A stretch of DNA of 64,000 nt from Paramecium tetraurelia (Eukaryota): the NCBI GenBank assembly GCA_000165425.1, contig CT868640.1, forward strand, positions 253,142 through 317,141, given 5' to 3'. The notes beneath the pieces are model-generated. The model did no database searches and had not been told where the DNA came from. It saw only the letters and a list, made by a program, of their open reading frames with translations. Both the position numbers and the translations under genes were made by a program. Shown piece after piece: positions 55,415-64,000 of this stretch (its first letter is position 1; each line of letters opens with the position of its first letter).

Positions 55415-56162
55415 ATGTCATACGACACAGCACTCACAGTATTTTCTCCAGATGGACAATTATTCTAAGTAGAATACGCAATGGAAGCAGTTAAGAGAGG
55501 TCTCTGCTGCGTTGGTGTAAGAGGAAAAGATGCCATAATATTGGGAGTAGAGAAGAAAGCCACATCGAAATTGCAAGATGTTAAAACAATTAAGAAAGTA
55601 TATCAATTGGGTAATTAATTCATGTGTATCCCTAGATCACAATCTTTGCATGACATTTTCTGGATTGAATGCAGATGCAAGAATCTTGGCAAATCAAACT
55701 AGATTGTAATGTTAGCAATACAAGATCTACTATGAGGATGATCCTTCTGTTGATTTCATTGCCAAATTCACCAGTCAACAATAACAAAAGTTCACACAAA
55801 GGGGAGGTGCTAGACCTTACGGAATTTCAACTCTGATTGCAGGATTTAGTAATAACAAGCCAAAGCTTTTCCAAACCGATCCTTCAGGTGCTTGTTCAGA
55901 ATGGAAGGCCACTTCTTTGGGAAAGAGTGCCAAATAGGTGAAGGATTTCTTGGAGAAGCATTGGAGAGAAGGATTGCATGAGAAGGATGCCCTTTTACTC
56001 ACAACTAAAGTATGTTGATTTATTTGAGGGTAGGCTTTGATGGATGTTGTGGAGAGTGGTAATAAAAATATCGAATTGTGTGTGATTAGAAAGAATGAAT
56101 GCTGGTTTTTGAATGAGAACGAGGTCGAGGAGTTGACAAAGATTACAGCTTAATTATAATGA
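55415..56162 (+). CDS. PSMA7: 20S proteasome subunit alpha4 (PSMA7/Pre6 type)
   Basis: [63 protein letters not shown]; two short introns. Confidence 0.93.
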
Positions 56163-56518
56163 ATTGATATGATTTAATATTATTGGGAACATAAATTAAT
56201 TGATATATATAGACTTATGAATGATTCTTAATGGAAGTATTCAATTTAATATTATATTTCGCATAATTGTAATTGAGTTGTATTTTCTTGTTATTTTAAT
56301 TGAATTCAGCAAAGTCAGAATTAAACGAATTATTGTTGATATTTCTTGTGGCAAATGAAGCAAATAAGGTACTTACTCTCTTTTATGATTAAATTAATAA
56401 TTTCAACAAATTATCAATTGGAAAGTCCTAAATTATATTACTATATATACTGAATTATATATCCATTAAAAATATTCTACAATTTCCAATAATTTTGATA
56501 TTAGAAATATTATAATTG

Positions 56519-58122
<1,604 letters not shown>

Positions 58123-58145
58123 TATATATATCAAGTAGAATTGAA

Positions 58146-59630
<1,485 letters not shown>

Positions 59631-59672
59631 TATGTAATATTTAATATATTTTTATATTTTCCAATGAATGCT

Positions 59673-60188
59673 TCAATAATTTAAAGTGGTTTCTGGGCCT
59701 ATGAAGGTGTACTGATAGAATCCTCCTGCTTCGTTGAAATATTTCTTAAACATGTCATCCTTCGCCAGAAGTGCCTCTTGCTAAAAGGGATAAATCAACA
59801 TCCACATACTTGACTCTACTCAATAACCAACCACAACAACAAGGGGTAGACTAACATCAAGGAATTCCAGAAGATGGAGCCAATATGCCACCATTGGCCA
59901 TAATATCTAGATCAACTTAATAATCTACTTGTATTCCCAATTATCATAAGTGGTGACCCCCTCCATCTAATAGGCATTGAAATGAGGATGTCTCATGCCC
60001 TAGCCAGTCTTGGCCAAATTGTCAGGCAGATAATATAATTTGAAGTGTACTGGAGGAGCAATCTCTTATGGAGATCCTGTATAACATCACATCGTATCCA
60101 TACCTACTATAGCCCTGCTGGCTGGATCATGGTGATAATATCGCGATTATTTTTGCAAAATTTGAGCATTCCTCAACAATCTCTTCAT
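59673..60188 (-). CDS. Small single-TM protein with a mitochondrial-type presequence
   Basis: MKRLLRNAQILQKQSRYY (Arg-rich, no acidic residues)...DNWEYKYYGQWWHIG...LMLVYPLLLWLVI; three short introns; relatively GC-rich codons. Confidence 0.75.
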
Positions 60189-60229
60189 ATTGTTTTATTA
60201 AAAGAAAATATTAATAATTTTATATCATT

Positions 60230-62001
60230 TCAATTATAAGTAACTCTGAGTCCCAAATCTTCTCAGCTCCAGTCTATGAATGTTCAAAGGACTGTTGCTA
60301 CTGTGAACAGTCTTGCTCTTTGGCTATACCTCACTCACTTTCAACTTCTACAACATTCGTTGTGTCCTCAACTTCGTTGAAAAATGAGCACTTCTCTCAT
60401 GCTCTTCCTTTGGCTACGTCGTCAATCGATAATGAGTCCTTGCAGTGCTCGGTTACTGTTAACTTAAATTCTAAGAAATCTCGCTGTTCTTCAATTAAGA
60501 AGGAAATCTAAAGAACAACTTAAAATAGGAATCTCGATCTATATAATTCTGAGATCCAATCGTCTTTTAATCGAAGAATGTCTTAACCTAAGCATAAGAA
60601 CAATTTCTGTCCTTGAACAACTTCTTAAACTATTCAAAAGCCTTCTTCTCCTGCCTCTTGTAAAATTAGTATTCCTACTATATAACACTCATTCAAATAC
60701 CATATCAGACTTATCCATTTGAGTTTCTCGCCTTATCAATGCACAATTATTTCTCACCTTCGCTTTGAAAGTAGGCTTAACAAATTAGTCAAACCCTTCC
60801 TAACCATTTAGTTATTTCAATTTATCATCTGCTATCTATTCATAGTATCTCTTCTTATTCAATCTGAATTGATGAATGGACTACAACAATGAAATAAAAA
60901 CTGTCTGTGTTTTTTCATCCCAAAACCTCCTGCCATAATATTACACAAAATTAAGTACTTAATTATGTCTTCCCTACTGATTCTTAATATTTAACCGCAT
61001 TGACTTCTACAAATCACAGAACATTTCACTCTTGACCACCTTACAGAAAATATGTTAAATAGTTTTAATATGAAAGTCTTGCCATCATCCATTAAGAAGG
61101 CTTCCTCTCCGAAAAACTCTCCTGGTCCCAATACACATCTAAATTTATTTATAAAATTTCACATGCTGTGAGTTGAAAATACTCCCTTCAATTTGTGCGA
61201 ATCATTTAATGTATATGTTACCTCAAAATTACTTACTAAATAACATAATTGATATCTTACCCTTCTCTCACTATATAAAAATTGGAACAGTAATCATTCT
61301 GTTTGATCACCGCCTAATTTAATGTTATTTAAATTGGTTCAAAATGATAACTAAATGTTTTAATTTCCCTGAATGACCACGACTATAGAAATGGAAACTA
61401 CAATTTAAGATAAATAATAATTACAGAACACAAGAATGCTATCCTGTCTTGAACCTTTTGTTGCTCTTAAGCACCTAAAATTGATTTGAAATGATGTTTC
61501 TCCATAATTGCAAGCATACAGTCTTCTTTGGCTATTATGGTTGCAGTTCGTTTTGCATTATCATTCAACAGAGCCAATTCTCCAAAACTATTTCCAGCTT
61601 TTAATATGTTCACTTCCTTCAACTCAAACCTCTTGGAATCGTCAGGACTGGGCAATAATATGAAAACTCCCACGGATCCTTTGAGAATGATGTAGAAGAG
61701 AGAGCCTTGATCGCCAACATGAAACAATATCTAAAAATTATAAATTGTATTTACTTCTTCTTTTTTTACAGTCTTGTAACTTAGTACTGACATACATCTG
61801 AGGACGATGTCAGGATTCTGAGATTGAAGATTTTTAAAAAAAGCAATAGCTTCAACCAATTGCAACAGTAGAGTTAAATCACTTTATGTTCTCCTGGATG
61901 GAGCGATCTAAAAATGTGAAACTTAAACTGTCTACTTGCAAAGTCTTAACGCATTGATTTATCAACGAGGTTTTCTCATCGAAATTGGAGAAAGATGCCA
62001 T
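60230..62001 (-). CDS. Cyclic-nucleotide-binding domain protein (two cNMP-like domains)
   Basis: FHVGDQGSLFYIILKGSV...GNSFGELALLNDNAKRTATI; second domain LGPGEFFGEE; low-complexity tail; several introns. Confidence 0.88.
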
Positions 62002-62059
62002 AAGTAGAAGAGTAAATAAACAATAATTATAGAAATAAATAACTAGCATTTATTTAAAA

Positions 62060-63333
62060 TCATTTTCGGATAAAGCTTTTTATTGTTTAGAATGCTCTAT
62101 TATTACTTCTATATTACGGTAACAATTATTAACAAAGGGTACTATTGAGATCTGATCCCAGAGGAGGTTTCTTTGCTGATCTTCTATCCGGACTCTAAGT
62201 AAACGCATAATTTTAGTGTATCTGAATAGGTTTGATTAGAGAATCTAACTAAATACTATCAATACCGTTTTGATCTTGAAGAAAAGGAGACTTTATTTCT
62301 GGAAGCATCCAATTTTGATTTTTACACCCCTTCTGAGGACTAAAGTTTTCTTGCTGCAATTTAGATTTTCCCTTTTGCTTAAATTGGGTTGAGCCTGCAG
62401 CATTCTTGTCGTTGTGCAAGGATAAATTCTTGGCTCTGGTGACTTTGTAATTGGTATCGAATAAATTGCAATTCTCTGTATCGAAAATGTTTCTGATGTC
62501 CTGATCTTGAGGATCTCTGCTCTGCGTTCTCTGAGGACTGATCGACATGGAGTGTTTGACACTCACTTGGGTTTTTTTTGTAGGACTCTGATTGCCAAAC
62601 ATTGTAATATTCTTATTTGCATAAGGAGTTTCCATTGTTGAGATGAGTTAGAGAAATTTCAATTTCTTGGCTTTGTCAGCGAGAGTTGTTATTTCCATCA
62701 ATGGCAAGCTTCTGGATTGTAGAAATCTTTAATTTCTTTCTAAACTGGATGCGAATAATCTTTCTACATTCTCATTTTTCGATTGATGATACACGATTAG
62801 ATTTGAGCAATATTGTCTAAATTAAGGGGGGAGCTCTTACTTGTTTAGAAGCATAATGTCGTAAAGTTTCCAAAAATCGATATCATAAAATTAGAACAAC
62901 GTTCGATTTTATTAACTATTTAACTGCCACGAAGGAACTGATTTCTTCATTTGAATTTATGGGTTGCCCTCGTTTTATTGTTTGGTTTGTATTTCGCACC
63001 TTTTATGAACTTTAGTTAGTATAACAGCAAAATTCTATGCCTTATAATTAAGTATATCTCTGATGCTCAATACGTAATTAATGGCGTTTTGATTTTTGCA
63101 CTTCTCGATTAACTCCGATACTCTAATCTAGAATCGGTGGAACAATCTGCTTGTTTAAAAAATAATCGAAACTTTTTATCATGATCCTGAAGTTAGTAAT
63201 ATTTGTATTTATCAACTAGCAAGGGTATAGTTGTATCTAAATCGTTCTCCTTTTGATCAATAAATAATTGGATTCCTCTAAAGATAACATCTAAATCATC
63301 TGGATTAACTTCATTCAATTTATTTATTTCCAT
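62060..63333 (-). CDS. Hypothetical protein
   Basis: Long code-6 frame MEINKLNEVNPDDLDVIFRGIQLF... running through the listed METPYANK segment to the TGA at 62060; a short intron or small frame adjustment may be needed. Confidence 0.75.
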
Positions 63334-63953
63334 TATATATGAAATAAAAACTTTATAAATGCATCACCCTTGACAACAGACCACAAGCACCATATAACCA
63401 CATTTCACCAATTTTATCAATAATACTCAAAACTACACGAATAATTGAAACCAATCATGAGAACTGATCTCTTAAACAATAACAAGAATTGAAATAATTA
63501 ATTTCATTAATTAATAATAATCCTGAATATTGATTACCATTGTTGAGAATGATTTTATTAAAATATTAAAGTAGAACTTTTGAAAGAGTTATGTTATTTT
63601 TAATCTCCATAATTATTGGTTCTCATCTTATTATCTTTCTTCTCAGAGATTTTCCTTTGAATTTTTTTACAATTTAAATTAAATAAAATAAAAACAAATT
63701 AAAAATAAACAAAAACATGAAAATAACACCTTAAATTCAAAAATATATTCTATTAAATATTTTAAGTAAAACTTTTTTAATATTTAGTACCAGTTACTGA
63801 TAAGATTCTCAATGATGAGTGACTAATAATCATTTCAATTGGTGTTTTAAAAATCTTAATTTAAGAACGTTCATAAAATTACTGTTTTATATTTCAATTT
63901 GCATATTAAAATCTTGAATAATTTATAAAATTAATAACAATACTTTGTTTTTA

Positions 63954-64000
63954 ATGGGGAGTTGTGCGTAATGTAACACAAAATCAGAAGTCGTAGAAAG
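63954..64000 (+). CDS. 5' end of a gene truncated by the window; N-acylation-type start MGSCAQC
   Basis: ATG after an AT-rich leader; Gly2 plus Cys4 and Cys7 fit a myristoylation/palmitoylation pattern. Confidence 0.55.

Noticed and set aside
63350..63700. Coding-like minus-strand patch (LVSIIRVVLSIIDKIGEMWLYGACGLL)
   Set aside because: Too short and lacks a credible start or stop; at most a gene remnant.

Overview
Eukaryotic, very AT-rich, gene-dense ciliate DNA, almost certainly a Paramecium (aurelia-type) macronuclear chromosome segment. Genes read open only with translation table 6 (TAA/TAG = Gln, TGA the only stop). They carry tiny 20-30 nt GT...AG introns and are often under 100 bp apart, so the supplied standard-code ORF track is mostly fragments or spurious. 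Hand translation gives about 26 genes: aspartic protease, ICL-type centrin, Mpv17/PMP22, CAF-1 p150-like protein, PKA catalytic subunit, a ~3,060-aa coiled-coil protein with a dispersed ~25-30-aa repeat, a divergent TGS1-like methyltransferase, two hybrid histidine kinases, GP63/leishmanolysin, a cold-shock-domain protein, PHIP/BRWD-like WD40-PHD-bromodomain protein, Mot1/BTAF1, a MORN protein, a peroxisomal dehydrogenase-SCP2 protein, proteasome alpha4, a PH-AGC kinase, a MAP3K-like kinase, a small mitochondrial membrane protein, a cNMP-binding protein and several hypotheticals. There are also decayed pseudogenes, the clearest being a CDK. I found no rRNA, tRNA, transposon, telomeric repeat or CRISPR array, and no co-located multi-gene novel system; the interesting items are individual proteins and genome architecture. 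Coordinates and intron boundaries were derived by hand and may be off by a few bases.
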